A stretch of 63,402 bases of DNA, filler included, from Octopus bimaculoides (GCF_001194135.2; 8 parts of 7 records of this genome joined end to end with filler, not necessarily neighbours in it); one strand, 5' to 3'; counted from the whole stretch's first letter, positions 1 through 10,986 are shown. A program made the numbers and translations. Notes: a model not told the origin generated them from the sequence alone.

Positions 1-166
1 GGAAAAGAGCATCTTTTAACTTTTTTATTATGGCTTCAGTTCCACAGGTATAAAGATATGTTGGCTTCTTTTCAATGTCATCGTATTTAATTTTTGCTTC
101 AAATTGTATCAGCCAGGCATTAGCTTCTTCCATGTTGTTCAAGTTTAAATCTTTTCTAGCTGTCAT
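1..166 (-). pseudogene. gag: Ty3/gypsy-like Gag N-terminus, running off the window start
   Basis: Minus frame from ATG at 166 reads MTARKDLNLNNMEEANAWLIQFEAKIKYDDIEKKPTYLYTCGTEAIIKKLKDALF, resembling the W..F...K....L..CG.EA...LK..L.P pattern of gypsy Gag starts. A PBS-like TGGTGACAG (169-177, minus) lies just upstream. Confidence 0.5.
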
Positions 167-369
167 GTCTGTCACCAAGCATTGCGTTTCATTCTTATAG
201 GACATATGTTGAATGTTTTGTAACTGCAAGTTACACAGCTCATGTTCTGAGAACCATGCTGTACTGTTCTTGTGTGCATAGCAGTAACGCCTCTATTATG
301 GCTGCCAGCTCATTCATCTATCATCTCATGATTTTCCCGTGGTTGCAGGAGACCTCCTTTGAGAGTTTT

Positions 370-570
370 ATATACACATCAGGATACCAAATCCGCAACC
401 CAATGCAGATCCAGAGTGTTTCAATCACAAAATATACATTTTTAAAAAGGAAGTAAAAATTCTGAAGATTGATTTTATTGAAGCAGTTTTCCACACTTAT
501 TCCTGTGAAGCCATGAACTTGTGGAGAAAATATTTGATGGAAAAGTTACAGACATTTAACAATAAGAAAA
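370..570 (+). pseudogene. Possible hAT transposase C-terminal dimerisation fragment (degenerate)
   Basis: Frameshifted reading IP...NADPE(x)V.SITK...LKIDFIEAV resembles the hAT IP.TNA..ERVFS motif. Weak, by eye only. Confidence 0.3.
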
Positions 571-885
571 AAAAAACTGTTTTTTAGCCAATAATGTGAC
601 AGAAATTTTCTTCGTTGTAATGTTGTCAACTTAGAAGTGTCAACTTTAAGGTCGTATCCTGTGAAATTTATAGTTTAACATCTGTGAAATGACCTGTTCA
701 TTGTAGGATTCTAAATAAAGATAGATACCTAATAAAGTCAACATGTATCATCTTAACTGTTTCTTTTGTCTCTTCATTGATTTCTTTAGTGTTTTATATG
801 TTTTTATTATTTAAAAAAAAATTGTTATATTAATATATTTGTATGTGTTTGTTCTACATTAGTTTTTACAGTTGTACTTTATGAA

Positions 886-1275
886 GTTATAAGAATTGGA
901 TGAGATATGACGGCTCGGCCGTCTCTCCCCAGTTCTTATATTAATCATTAAATCCAGAAATACAACAACACGAGGGATAACGGTAACAACAGGTCAATAG
1001 TTTATTCTAGGTTGGTGTAGAGCTGTTTCGTTCCTGGGTGAATAGGCATGCCGCTAGGATACCAAAGAAGCTTCGACCACATGTCGGGGTCGAGCTGTGA
1101 GAGCCGGGAAGAACGTCCTGTCACCACAGCTGCTGGATGGATAATAGATCGAACGCTATTGCTCTCTCTCCACCTGTTGCATTGCACATGCTTGCTCGGG
1201 TACTTCCGCTGACGGCAAGTCCCTTGCACATGCGCAATGGCACTTCCCAAGATGGCGGCCACACGCGCCACTACA
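886..1275 (-). repeat. 3' LTR (~390 bp)
   Basis: Starts TGTAGTGG immediately after the PPT on the minus strand and contains AATAAA ~115 nt from its end. Its last 40 nt match the sequence preceding the PBS. Confidence 0.85.
1202..1259. promoter_or_regulatory. Promoter-type motif cluster in LTR U3 (ETS, NRF1-like, YY1)
   Basis: ACTTCCG at 1202-1208, GCACATGCGCA at 1226-1236, CAAGATGGCGGC at 1248-1259. Motif matches only; no functional evidence. Confidence 0.4.
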
Positions 1276-1279
1276 ATGT

Positions 1280-1291
1280 CTCCCCCCACCC
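1280..1291 (-). other. Polypurine tract
   Basis: GGGTGGGGGGAG directly upstream of the TGTAG start of the 3' LTR. Confidence 0.8.
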
Positions 1292-1699
1292 CGAGTGCAT
1301 AGCACGACACAAGGAAAGATTGTAGAGGGCGCAGAAACAAGATGTCCGCCGAACCCAGAAAACATGGCTGAAATTATACAATGAAAAAACAATTGTTTTG
1401 TTAAAACAAAGAATGACAAACTCAATAAATTTGCAGAACAATGCTGTGTCGGATGCAACAATGGAAGCAAAACTTTTGCATCCGACACGATGTCAGTTAG
1501 AAAAAAGTTCTGTTCAACATGAAAAGTTCAGCCAGACCTAGAGATAAAGTGTCTGTGTGAAAGAAAGTTGCAACGAAGGTGTTGGCGTGAGCAAATGTGT
1601 ATGCAAAGGTTGGAACAATATGTAATGTGTACATATTTTCTTTTAGCACGTTACTGTGCACAGAAATGGAAGAAAAACAATGTTTGTTTGTACAGAAAA

Positions 1700-2180
1700 A
1701 TGAAATGCCGGCCAGACCTAGTGACATAAGGGTCACTTGAGTTTTGTTGCAACGACGAAGGTAGAGTGGTTTCTGGTGTGTGTGTTTGTGATGGTATTGA
1801 TGTTGGTGTATGCATTGGTAAAGATGTTGACAGTGGTGTGTGTGGTGGTAATGATGTTGACAGTGGTGTGTGTGNNNNNNNNNNATGTTGACAGTGGTGT
1901 GTGTGGTGGTAATGATGTTGACAGTGGTGTGTGTGGTGGTAATGATGTTGACAGTGGTGTGTGCGGTGTTTGAAAAGCGGGCACGTCGTCCACGGTCTGT
2001 CAAGGTACGCTTTTTTCAGACGGTCGACAGACAATCTCTGTATGACCATTAGCGTCGACCTTGAAGAAATTCAACTCAAAACTGCGGGTTGGGCGAGGCG
2101 CGTAAGGCAGCCTTAAGTTGCCTGTGAAAACGCTCCACCATCCCATTAGAAGCGGGATGGTAGCTGGTGGTGCGTATACA
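1700..2180 (-). pseudogene. pol: Gypsy integrase remnants
   Basis: CIRTTSYHPASNGMVERFHRQLKAALRASPNPQF*VEFL (core), then LSVDRLKKAYLD and a C-terminal YVTRSGRH motif. Internal deletion and stop codon present. Confidence 0.9.
1823..1965. repeat. 30-bp minisatellite inside the integrase C-terminal linker
   Basis: Unit GATGTTGACAGTGGTGTGTGTGGTGGTAAT, at least 4 copies around a 10-N gap. Encodes HTPLSTSLPP repeats on the minus strand. Confidence 0.9.
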
Positions 2181-2319
2181 ATGCCTTCGATGAAGGGAGT
2201 GGAAGATAGGCAAATTTGCAGTTGTTGAATTTTGGCGAAGTTAAATCTAACGTCGACAAAAGAGGTTGGTCCTGCGAAATAACAAGTAAATCAATTGTTG
2301 CAGGAGAGGAAATAGAATT

Positions 2320-2402
2320 GACAGGGAGTCTCGTGAGAGCATCAACAGTGATGTTCTGCTTCCCTGGTAAAATATAGTCCAGGTGACTGAAAGCACGAGG
2401 AG
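2320..2402 (-). pseudogene. pol: Gypsy RNase H C-terminal remnant
   Basis: PRAFSHLDYI-LPGKQNITVDALTRLP matches the (R)HLDYISQF...HI.GK.N.VADALSR motif, with a deletion. Confidence 0.85.
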
Positions 2403-2574
2403 NNNNNNNNNNNNNNNNNNNNNNNNNNNNNNNNNNNNNNNNNNNNNNNNNNNNNNNNNNNNNNNNNNNNNNNNNNNNNNNNNNNNNNNNNNNNNNNNNN
2501 NNNNNNNNNNNNNNNNNNNNNNNNNNNNNNNNNNNNNNNNNNNNNNNNNNNNNNNNNNNNNNNNNNNNNTTAGA

Positions 2575-2860
2575 AAACTGCACATTATATGCGCGGAGTC
2601 GCTGAAAAAGTTGCGATAAATGGTGGAGATGATTCTCGTTTGTATCATTAGCGATACAATATCAAATCCATGAAGAAACTTCATCTATAAATCTTTGGAA
2701 AGTGCTTGTCGCATTCCACAGACCGAAGCTCATAAAAAGAAATTCAAAACAGCCAAAAGGAGTAGTGATGTCAGTTTTGGGAATGTCCTCTGGATTAACT
2801 GGAATCTGGTGATAAGCGCGAACCAGATCAATCTTGGAAAAGATTGTGGAACCATGTGTG
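2575..2860 (-). pseudogene. pol: Gypsy reverse transcriptase remnant
   Basis: [59 protein letters not shown], then NENHLHHLSQLFQRLRAYNV. The YxDD segment is missing. Confidence 0.92.
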
Positions 2861-3149
2861 CATAGGAGAGAGAGAGAGGGAAAAAATGATCGTAAAACAA
2901 TGGTGTTTGCTTTTTTTTTGTGAGTGTGACATATAAACACAATAATAGGCAGGCCGTCATGTAAACAAAGTGTATGTGTATAGAAACATGGATGCATGTG
3001 TGTGCAAGTAATACAGAGCATAGAAAAGAGTATATAAGGGCGTTAGAAGAAAGTCCAGACACAAGGATAGTAAATACCAGTTCGTAGTTGAGGTGCTGTA
3101 ACGGAAGTCGAGGCCGGGGGAGAGGCACATGTGAGAGGTTGTGGCTTCA

Positions 3150-3425
3150 ATGCTGCTGCTGGTTACTTGGTACAGGAGTTCTCGCAGGTTGTATTCGCTG
3201 TTAACCATGGTGAAATAATGCACAAACAGTGTTGAGGTAGAACCTGTGCGAGTGCTGTGTACGTAGCAAGAAGTTGGTGTTGACCCTAAGAAGATGGAGG
3301 TCCGTAAGCTGCTGAACGAAGTGTTGGGTCTTCATGAGGCTATTGTCGTGTCGTCGCTGAAACTTGCTCTGTGGTCGGTGGCTAGACCTCAGAAGGTGTG
3401 TTGTCCTGTAAGACAATAGATGGAA
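3150..3425 (-). pseudogene. gag: Degenerate gag remnant of the same LTR element
   Basis: Lies just downstream of the PBS. Frameshifted pieces LPSIVLQD..., SKFQRRHDNSLMKTQHFVQQL and YNLRELLYQVTSSS loosely resemble gypsy Gag. Confidence 0.4.
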
Positions 3426-3732
3426 GCAACGTTTGTTTTTTTTTTCTGTTTTTCAAGCCATGTGGAGTCAGGCGAAAAGAGAAATCACTGTTCACTCGTT
3501 TGTTCTTTTCTCGGCCTCAGTTGGTGTTGGAAAAAAGCACGTGGGTGAGAGAAATAAGCAACGGCTCGTGTCATAGTAGTTGATGGTTCAGTTTCCAGGC
3601 TGTATGGTAATTTTCTCCGGGGTAAGAAAACTGTTGTAGTTGTTCCATTACCTCGTCTCTTGTGTTGTTTCTTTTTTCGTCGTCTCTTCATTTTTGACGA
3701 GTTGTTTGAGAGATAATTTCGTGTTCGTATTA

Positions 3733-3742
3733 GGGGTCACCA
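3733..3742 (-). other. Primer-binding site, tRNA-Trp type
   Basis: TGGTGACCCC directly after the LTR end; complementary to the GGGGTCA-CCA 3' end of eukaryotic tRNA-Trp. Confidence 0.75.
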
Positions 3743-3782
3743 GTTATAAGAATTGGATGAGATATGACGGCTCGGCCGTCTC
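3743..3782 (-). repeat. 5' LTR end, truncated by scaffold spacer
   Basis: 40/40 identical to 886-925. Confidence 0.9.
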
Positions 3783-3882
3783 NNNNNNNNNNNNNNNNNN
3801 NNNNNNNNNNNNNNNNNNNNNNNNNNTTAATTAATTAANNNNNNNNNNNNNNNNNNNNNNNNNNNNNNNNNNNNNNNNNNNN
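3783..3882. other. Artificial scaffold spacer N44-TTAATTAATTAA-N44 (12-mers at 3827, 9124, 17842, 43472, 59573, 61207, 62336)
   Basis: Seven 100-nt blocks of the same design; the 12-mer encodes stops in all six frames. Confidence 0.95.
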
Positions 3883-4055
3883 GTCGGACAAAGTGCTTTG
3901 TGGTATTTGTTCTGGATCAGTACATTCTTGTTTCAAATCTCGCCAAGGTCAACTTTCAGAGTCAATAGGATAAAAATATCAGTCAAGAACTATGGTCGAA
4001 TGGGATTGATTAAAGCTTCTCCTCAAGATTGCTGGCCTTGTATGCAAATCAGAAT
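3883..4055 (+). mobile_element. SINE family A, diverged partial copy
   Basis: TTTCAAATCTCGCCAAGGTCAACTTT core, followed by a (TTA)n tail. Confidence 0.5.
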
Positions 4056-4087
4056 ATTATTATTATTATTATTATTATTATTAAAAA

Positions 4088-4325
4088 GGCGGCGAGCTGG
4101 CAGAAACGTTAGCACGCCGGGCGAAATGCTTAGCGGTATTTCGTTTGCCGTTACGTTCTGAGTTCAAATACCGCCGAGGTCAACTTTGCCTTTCATTCTT
4201 CCGGGGGTCGATAAATTAAGTACCAGTTACGCACTGGGGTCGATGTAATCGACTTAATCCATTTGTCTGTCCTTGTTTGTCCCCTCTATGTTTAGCCCCT
4301 TGTGGGTAACAAAGAAATAAGTATT
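4088..4325 (+). mobile_element. SINE family A, near full length (tRNA-derived)
   Basis: GGCGAGCTGGCAGA head, B-box-like GAGTTCAAAT, and core GAGGTCAACTTTGCCTTTCATTCTTCCGGGGGTCGATAAATTAAGTACCAG, which recurs at 4340, 18350 and 40880. Confidence 0.8.
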
Positions 4326-4338
4326 GTGCCCATCGCTC

Positions 4339-4477
4339 CGTTCTGATTTCAAATTCCGCCGAGGTCGACTTTGTAATTTCGGGGGTCGATTAATTAAGTA
4401 CCAGTTGCATACTAGGGTCGATCTAATCGACTGGCCCCCTCCCCCAAAATTTCAGGCCTTGTGCCTAGATAGAAAAG

Positions 4478-4517
<40 letters not shown>
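4339..4517 (+). mobile_element. SINE family A, 5'-truncated copy with (TTA)n tail
   Basis: TTCAAATTCCGCCGAGGTCGACTTT...GGGGTCGATTAATTAAGTACCAG...GGCCTTGTGCCTAG, then TTA repeats at 4478-4517. Confidence 0.8.
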
Positions 4518-4518
<1 letters not shown>

Positions 4519-5266
4519 TCTGGTATTGCTGTGGCTTTGATCAATTTGGATCAGTTCAAAGCCAGAAGTCCTAAAAGCAGCCAATTCCAAACCCATTTTC
4601 AGTGTCTGGATCAAAGCGATTCACACTGGTGCTTGCTCGATGGTGAGAGTAAAACCTAACCTCCCAGAATCCTTTTATATCTCCTGCTCAATCCGCCAGA
4701 GGTGGCCTCTCTCATCTCTTCTATACATTCTGGCGGTTGAGCCATTGCTGCACTAGGCCTCTCTCGCACTTCCTCACTCTCTCCTCTGGGTGTTGGTGGC
4801 AATGGTTGTAGTTTGTGGTGATGGGATAGGTGCTCTCTCCTAGTACAGATGTTAGTGGGAGGGGATCATGGTGGCAGTAGTAATGAATCAAGGTGATGGA
4901 GGGAGATCAAGGTGGTGGGGGGTGGATCAAGTTGATGGTGGGGGCGGGTCAAAGTGGTGGTGGTAGTGGACTGAGGTGGATCATGGTGGTGGTGCCCTCT
5001 TCCCTTCCACTTAGGCAGGGCAGGATGGGGTGGGAGAAGGGCTTTTTTTACCTTCGTCCTTTTCACTTGTCTTATTGTTCTTAGTTTTGCAACTTCACTG
5101 GTACTGGTGCCACAAAAAAAAAGAGCCCCCAGTACATTCTGTAAAGTAATTGGCGCCAAGAAAGCCTCTCAGACATAGAAACTATGACAAAGCTGACACA
5201 CGATCTTGGCCCTGTGTCTCGCTCACCAGATCTTGTCAACCCATGCCAGCAGGGGAAATGAACACT

Positions 5267-5454
5267 AACACCTTAGCATTCAGACGATTCTGTCAAATCC
5301 AATGCTCATTTATTCATATTGCTTTGAATTGATCTTGTAGCCTTGAGATTTAAATGATGAGATTGCTTATTTTAAGAATGGCATTGTAGGGGAAGTGTGA
5401 GAAGCCAGATCTGGCCAAATTGAATGCAAAACGGGTCAGATATTTGGTTTAAAT
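5267..5454. mobile_element. Older interspersed repeat, possibly a piggyBac-type MITE relic, interrupted by the hAT element
   Basis: Starts TAACACCTTAGCATTCAG (decayed TTAACCCTTTAGCATT-like end) and ends GGTTTAAAT. Family recognition is from memory and unverified. Confidence 0.3.
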
Positions 5455-6568
5455 CAGGAGTCACCAAAGGGGGTCCGAGGGACCCCCTAGGGGTCGGTGC
5501 GCAATTTACATGGGGTCGATGATAGCTAAGGGGTCGAATGGGGGTCGGTGTGCGAGAGACCAGCTCACCCAGATGAACTGCTAGAAATATTTAGTCAGCA
5601 CCATGAAACGTAGGTGAACGTGATAAATTTTCACTACAGCGAGAAGTTCGCTGTTGCTAACGCTCGAGTCCTGATGTCATAATCTGTATTGTAATCGAAG
5701 ATTGAGAGGTGTGATTGAGGGNNNNNNNNNNNNNNNNNNNNNNNNNNNNNNNNNNNNNNNNNNNNNNNNNNNNNNNNNNNNNNNNNNNNNNNNNNNNNNN
5801 NNNNNNNNNNNNNNNNNNNNNNNNNNNNNNNNNNNNNNNNNNNNNNNNNNNNNNNNNNNNNNNNNNNNNNNNNNNNNNNNNNNNNNNNNNNNNNNNNNNN
5901 NNNNNNNNNNNNNNNNNNNNNNNNNNNNNNNNNNNNNNNNNNNNNNNNNNNNNNNNNNNNNNNNNNNNNNNNNNNNNNNNNNNNNNNNNNNNNNNNNNNN
6001 NNNNNNNNNNNNNNNNNNNNNNNNNNNNNTCCTGATGTCATAATCTGTATTGTAATCGAAGATTGAGAGGTGTGATTGAGGGGATGCAGACTGACCAGTG
6101 TTTGCTTATAGAAATTGCTTGAACCTGGAGGAATGAGGTGATCTGAGACTGAAACTGACCAACAGTCAGCCTGATATCAATGCCTTGATTCAAGATTACC
6201 CTGCTCATACCTCATATTGATGCTGTCAATCTCAGTAAAAGATATTCCAGCATTACGATGCGTTTTTCACATTTTCTAACCGTGAAAACAATTTCATAAA
6301 AATCAAAAGTCTAATACTGTATACTTGTACACGTAGTTTTAAATGTAAAAAGTGAGTCATCTTCAATAGAATTTCTTAATTTGCCGTACATGTATATTTT
6401 AGCCAACATTTTAATTGCCAGTATTAGTACCCGGTATGCATTTAAGATATGGTACAATAGGGTAAAGTATTAAGGTATTTTAAATGAGGAGATGTGGCTA
6501 ATGGGGGTCGATGTAGAAGGAAAAGGGGCTCAAGGGGGTCGATGGTCAAAAAAGTTTGGTCACCCCTG
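5455..6568. mobile_element. Non-autonomous hAT DNA transposon
   Basis: TIRs CAGGAGTCACCAAA / TTTGGTCACCCCTG. Perfect 8-bp TSD GTTTAAAT at 5447-5454 and 6569-6576. Repeated subterminal GGGGTCGR motifs at both ends. Confidence 0.9.
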
Positions 6569-6789
6569 GTTTAAATGATAATGATGATAGTGGTTGCCAG
6601 GAGTAGCAGTGGCAGTTAAGGTGTTAATGCTTTTCCCACTGGTAGTATTATTTAGCCCAAGGTCAACCATATGTTGCAGATCTGGGATCTTTGACGTTCC
6701 AGTCATGATAATCCCGTTTTTTTTTCTACCCCATCCACTCTAGGACAATATCCTGCCCAACCATTTTCTTTTTTTAAAACAAGCTATTA

Positions 6790-6800
6790 TGCAGGTAGTG

Positions 6801-6836
<36 letters not shown>

Positions 6837-6985
6837 GTGATGGTGGTTGTGGTGGTGGAGTTGGTGGTGGTGGTAGTGATGGTTGTGGTAGTAGTTGTAG
6901 TGGTAGCAGTAGTAGTGATGGTGGTGGTTGTGGTAGTAATAATAGTAATGGTGGTGGCGATAATTGTGGTAGTGGTAATGGTAGA

Positions 6986-7016
<31 letters not shown>

Positions 7017-7022
7017 ATAGCA
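6790..7022. repeat. (GGT/AGT)n compound trinucleotide repeat
   Basis: Directly visible. Confidence 0.95.
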
Positions 7023-7900
7023 GCAGTGAGTATTGGTTACCCTTAGTCTCTCTGTTAATCCATCTTTTTTTTCCCCAAAAAAGTCAAAATTTATTGTTAC
7101 TGTCAATGCAACAACGGGCCNNNNNNNNNNNNNNNNNNNNNNNNNNNNNNNNNNNNNNNNNNNNNNNNNNNNNNNNNNNNNNNNNNNNNNNNNNNNNNNN
7201 NNNNNNNNNNNNNNNNNNNNNNNNNNNNNNNNNNNNNNNNNNNNNNNNNNNNNNNNNNNNNNNNNNNNNNNNNNNNNNNNNNNNNNNNNNNNNNNNNNNN
7301 NNNNNNNNNNNNNNNNNNNNNNNNNNNNNNNNNNNNNNNNNNNNNNNNNNNNNNNNNNNNNNNNNNNNNNNNNNNNNNNNNNNNNNNNNNNNNNNNNNNN
7401 NNNNNNNNNNNNNNNNNNNNNNNNNNNNNNNNNNNNNNNNNNNNNNNNNNNNNNNNNNNNNNNNNNNNNNNNNNNNNNNNNNNNNNNNNNNNNNNNNNNN
7501 NNNNNNNNNNNNNNNNNNNNNNNNNNNNNNNNNNNNNNNNNNNNNNNNNNNNNNNNNNNNNNNNNNNNNNNNNNNNNNNNNNNNNNNNNNNNNNNNNNNN
7601 NNNNNNNNNNNNNNNNNNNNNNNNNNNNNNNNNNNNNNNNNNNNNNNNNNNNNNNNNNNNNNNNNNNNNNNNNNNNNNNNNNNNNNNNNNNNNNNNNNNN
7701 NNNNNNNNNNNNNNNNNNNNNNNNNNNNNNNNNNNNNNNNAAAGAATGAAATATAAAAGGGAAAAAAAATGAAAAAAAAAATTTTTTTAAAAACTGGAAA
7801 CTATTAAGAGGAAGAGAAAGAGAAAGAGAGATTGGAGGAGGAGAGATTGGAGAGAGGGGGATTGGAGAGGAACCGAAAGTGGGAACATTATGACTTGAAG

Positions 7901-7904
<4 letters not shown>

Positions 7905-7953
<49 letters not shown>

Positions 7954-8049
7954 CAGGAGGCTAGATGGAAGGAGAGAAGTTGAGAGAGACAGACTAGATA
8001 GATTAGACAGAGAAAGAAAGACAGATAGATGAATAGGCGGATGGATAGG

Positions 8050-8085
<36 letters not shown>

Positions 8086-8460
8086 TGAATAGAGACAGAC
8101 AGAAAGATAGACAGAGAGAGACAGATGAATAGAGACAGACAGAAAGATAGACAGAGAGACAGATGAAGAGAGACAGACAGACAGACACAGACAGAGAGAA
8201 AGAACGTCTTAGAGAGAGAAAGAGAGTCGGAGAGAGAGTGAGAGAGAGAGAAAGAGAGTGCGAGAGAGACAAATAAATAAGGAGAGAGAATAAGTGATAG
8301 ACACCGAGCGATAGATTGATAGATGGATAAACAGACAGATAAATAGATAGATAATAAGTGATATAAAGAGAGAAATACATAGGTAGATAGATAGATAGAG
8401 AGAGAGACGGAGATGGAGAGAGAAGGAGAAGGAGACAGGGAGAGAGACAGAGAGAGAGTT
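7905..8460. repeat. (AG)n/(AGAC)n/(AGAT)n compound microsatellite
   Basis: Directly visible. Confidence 0.95.
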
Positions 8461-8910
8461 CAAAATAATGACAGATGTTGCAGACAAAACTGTTCTTTCC
8501 TCTTTTCCAAAAACCAGGAATATTACAATGATGAATTGCATTTTCTGGCTCCCCTCCCCCCGCTCCTCTTCTCCTTCATTCTCTGTCGTCTGACGTTTCC
8601 GCTAGTTTCTTTTTTTTTTATCACTTCACTTCCGGTTTCGTTGTTCCTGTACAGTTTTGCTTCATTTTTTTTTCTTCCCCTTCTTTGTTTTACCTAAAAG
8701 AAAAGAAGAAAAAAAAAGGATCTTCATTTCATTTTCTTTTTTTTTATTTTGTGGTTTTTGTTTCTGATCCTTCCAAATAAGCCCTTCTTTTTTGCCTTCC
8801 TTGTCTCTGCATTAATCTCTCTTTTTCTCTCTGCGTCTAAGCTATACATACATAAACACACACACACACACAAATATATACACACATATATACATCCATC
8901 CATATACATA

Positions 8911-8941
<31 letters not shown>

Positions 8942-9649
8942 GAGAGAGAGATACGTGCATACATAAATATATATTATATATGCACACATATATATGCATA
9001 CATATGCATATATATATATATATATATATACGAATATATATATATATATATATATACGAATATATATATATATAGATATNNNNNNNNNNNNNNNNNNNNN
9101 NNNNNNNNNNNNNNNNNNNNNNNTTAATTAATTAANNNNNNNNNNNNNNNNNNNNNNNNNNNNNNNNNNNNNNNNNNNNTAATTTTATTTTAAATGGAAT
9201 CTGGAATGAATTTTAAAGAGGAAAAAAAGGTGTGGGTTCGAGATGTCAGAAAAATATGACAAAAAATATAAATAAAATAAAGCCTTCGTAAAAAGATACA
9301 CACAAAAAAACCAAAAAAAAAAAAAAAACCAATCATAAAACCATGAACTTTTATGGTAGAACGCTGTCATGTTGGAAGTAATCTGGACGAACAGTGTATG
9401 ACCCGTTTTCATTTCCTGGATGTAATTATTCTTCTTTACATATATTACTGGTGCTTTAAAGAATTAAAGAAAAAAAGACGAAAAAGAAAAAGAAATAAAA
9501 GGCTATGAGAATCATTGCTTCCATATCAGAGTGTCACGAAGTGAGAAGATTACTCAACAATCAAGACTTGTGATCAACGGGGCAACGGAGGAGATTTTAA
9601 GTGGTCCTTTGTCCTGCAACAAATAACTGTCAAATCGAACTAAGAAAAA

Positions 9650-10312
9650 CGACACCTTTATAGTAACACGGAAAATAACACAATAGAGTATAGTAGTGCT
9701 TGATATACGATGTTTGATAGGACGGCCACGAAAGGAACGACCTTCATCATTGGTCTACAGGAACACGGTTGAGCGCAAACTGCCATGAGAATCACCACTA
9801 TATAGACAAGACAAATATTGGTCAGTAAATCATCTTTTCTCACTAATACATTACATGCACGCACGTTTTCAAACCAAAGCAACTGGACAGGTGCAAGAAA
9901 ATGGTGGAGGAGTCTCAGATGAAGACATTCTCACTGGCGCTCTGAGACTCCTCCACCTTTTTATTGCACCTGTCCAGTTGCTTTGGTTTGAAAGCAGCCA
10001 AAATTAGATGTCGACGTTGCAATTTAAGTCTCCATGCATGACCCGTCGCATGATTGTCTGGGAGATATCGAGACGATTTAGCCATTTACCTCCTGTTCCG
10101 CCATGGACTTTCATGACACTCTCTTTCGGACGACATCCACCAATTGTTTCGTCCTTACGGATTGTTTTCGACCAGGAATGGACTCGCTGTCGATTGAACC
10201 TGTCTCACTGTAGCGTCTCATAACATTACAGACTGTTTTGCAATCAACACGTATTTGCTGCTGTGTTCTGCTTTTTCAAAGTTACAATCTCACTTCTCGT
10301 GTTAGCTGCCAT
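9650..10312 (-). mobile_element. Degenerate Tc1/mariner (maT-like) transposase fragment
   Basis: ATG at 10312: MAANTRSEIVTLKK..QQIRVDCKTVCNVMRRYSETGSIDSESIPGRKQSVRTKQLVDVVRKRV, later QRRHLILAAFKPKQLDRCNKKVEESQSASENVFI*. Homologous to the 44.3-45.07 kb copy. Confidence 0.8.
9867..9993. repeat. 53-bp inverted repeat with 21-nt loop
   Basis: Arms 9867-9919 and 9941-9993 are reverse complements with two mismatches. Confidence 0.95.
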
Positions 10313-10932
10313 ATTGAAACGTTTTCTTCGCCGAACATAAACAAACAACGGAGTGTACATGAACAAGTGAATGTCGAGGAGCACATTTTAATTATTTTAG
10401 TGCAGTTTAAAACTAAATTTGATAAAATGAACTTATTTAAATTATCAGGAATTCTTTACTGCACATCCTGTAAATACATTGCGTTGGAACAAAATTTCTT
10501 ACCGTTTTTCATTTGGTAGTGTTTAAATTCGATTTCGCTTTGTTGTGTGACAGAAGCGTATGTCAGATATTTTCTAGATGACATTTCAACACGTCGTTCT
10601 ATACTGTGTGGATAGTTTATTTCTGCTCTTTTTACATTAGAAGTAACATTTAAGAGATTAAATTTTGATGCATTTTTCACTTTTTCTCATAACCTTTTGT
10701 CTTTTTATGGTCTAAAGAACTAATTTGCTTTTTCAAACGTGTTATTATATGCAGAAGCTAAATATTCTGTGCTATTAATAGGAGAATGAAACCAGGTTAT
10801 GACTTCTCTGAGAAGTATGTATGCCTGCATCTATCTATTTACACACATACACATACCCTCACTCCAACAAACACCCGACCGCACCCACACATTCACTCTC
10901 CCTACTCCCACTTACACCCAGCCACCCAGCTA

Positions 10933-10935
<3 letters not shown>

Positions 10936-10986
<51 letters not shown>

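Larger units (their letters stand above)
886..3782 (-). mobile_element. Internally deleted Ty3/gypsy LTR retrotransposon
   Basis: The identical 40-mer GTTATAAGAATTGGATGAGATATGACGGCTCGGCCGTCTC occurs at 886 and 3743 (shared LTR end). PBS at 3733-3742, PPT at 1280-1291, and gag, RT, RNase H and integrase remnants lie in gypsy order on the minus strand. Confidence 0.92.

Noticed and set aside
1015-1032. GAAACAGCTCTA on the minus strand inside the LTR as a hammerhead half
   Set aside because: No upstream CUGANGA, and stem III does not pair.
1002-1488. Overlapping 60-112-aa ORFs in the LTR and UTR
   Set aside because: GC-richer LTR sequence yields chance ORFs, and none has recognisable motifs.
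3827-3838. TTAATTAATTAA as a biological repeat or piggyBac site
   Set aside because: It is always centred in exactly 44+44 Ns, so it is an assembly spacer.
5670-6082. 52-bp direct repeat on both sides of a gap
   Set aside because: Identical copies at both gap edges most likely reflect an unmerged contig overlap; a real tandem array cannot be shown.
6774-7756. His/Tyr-rich and Val-rich ORFs
   Set aside because: Trinucleotide repeat plus a 620-N gap.
10238-10519. GILYCTSCKYIALE resembling a CGGBP1/BED-like zinc finger
   Set aside because: No downstream His pair, and the ORF partly overlaps the antisense of the maT fragment.
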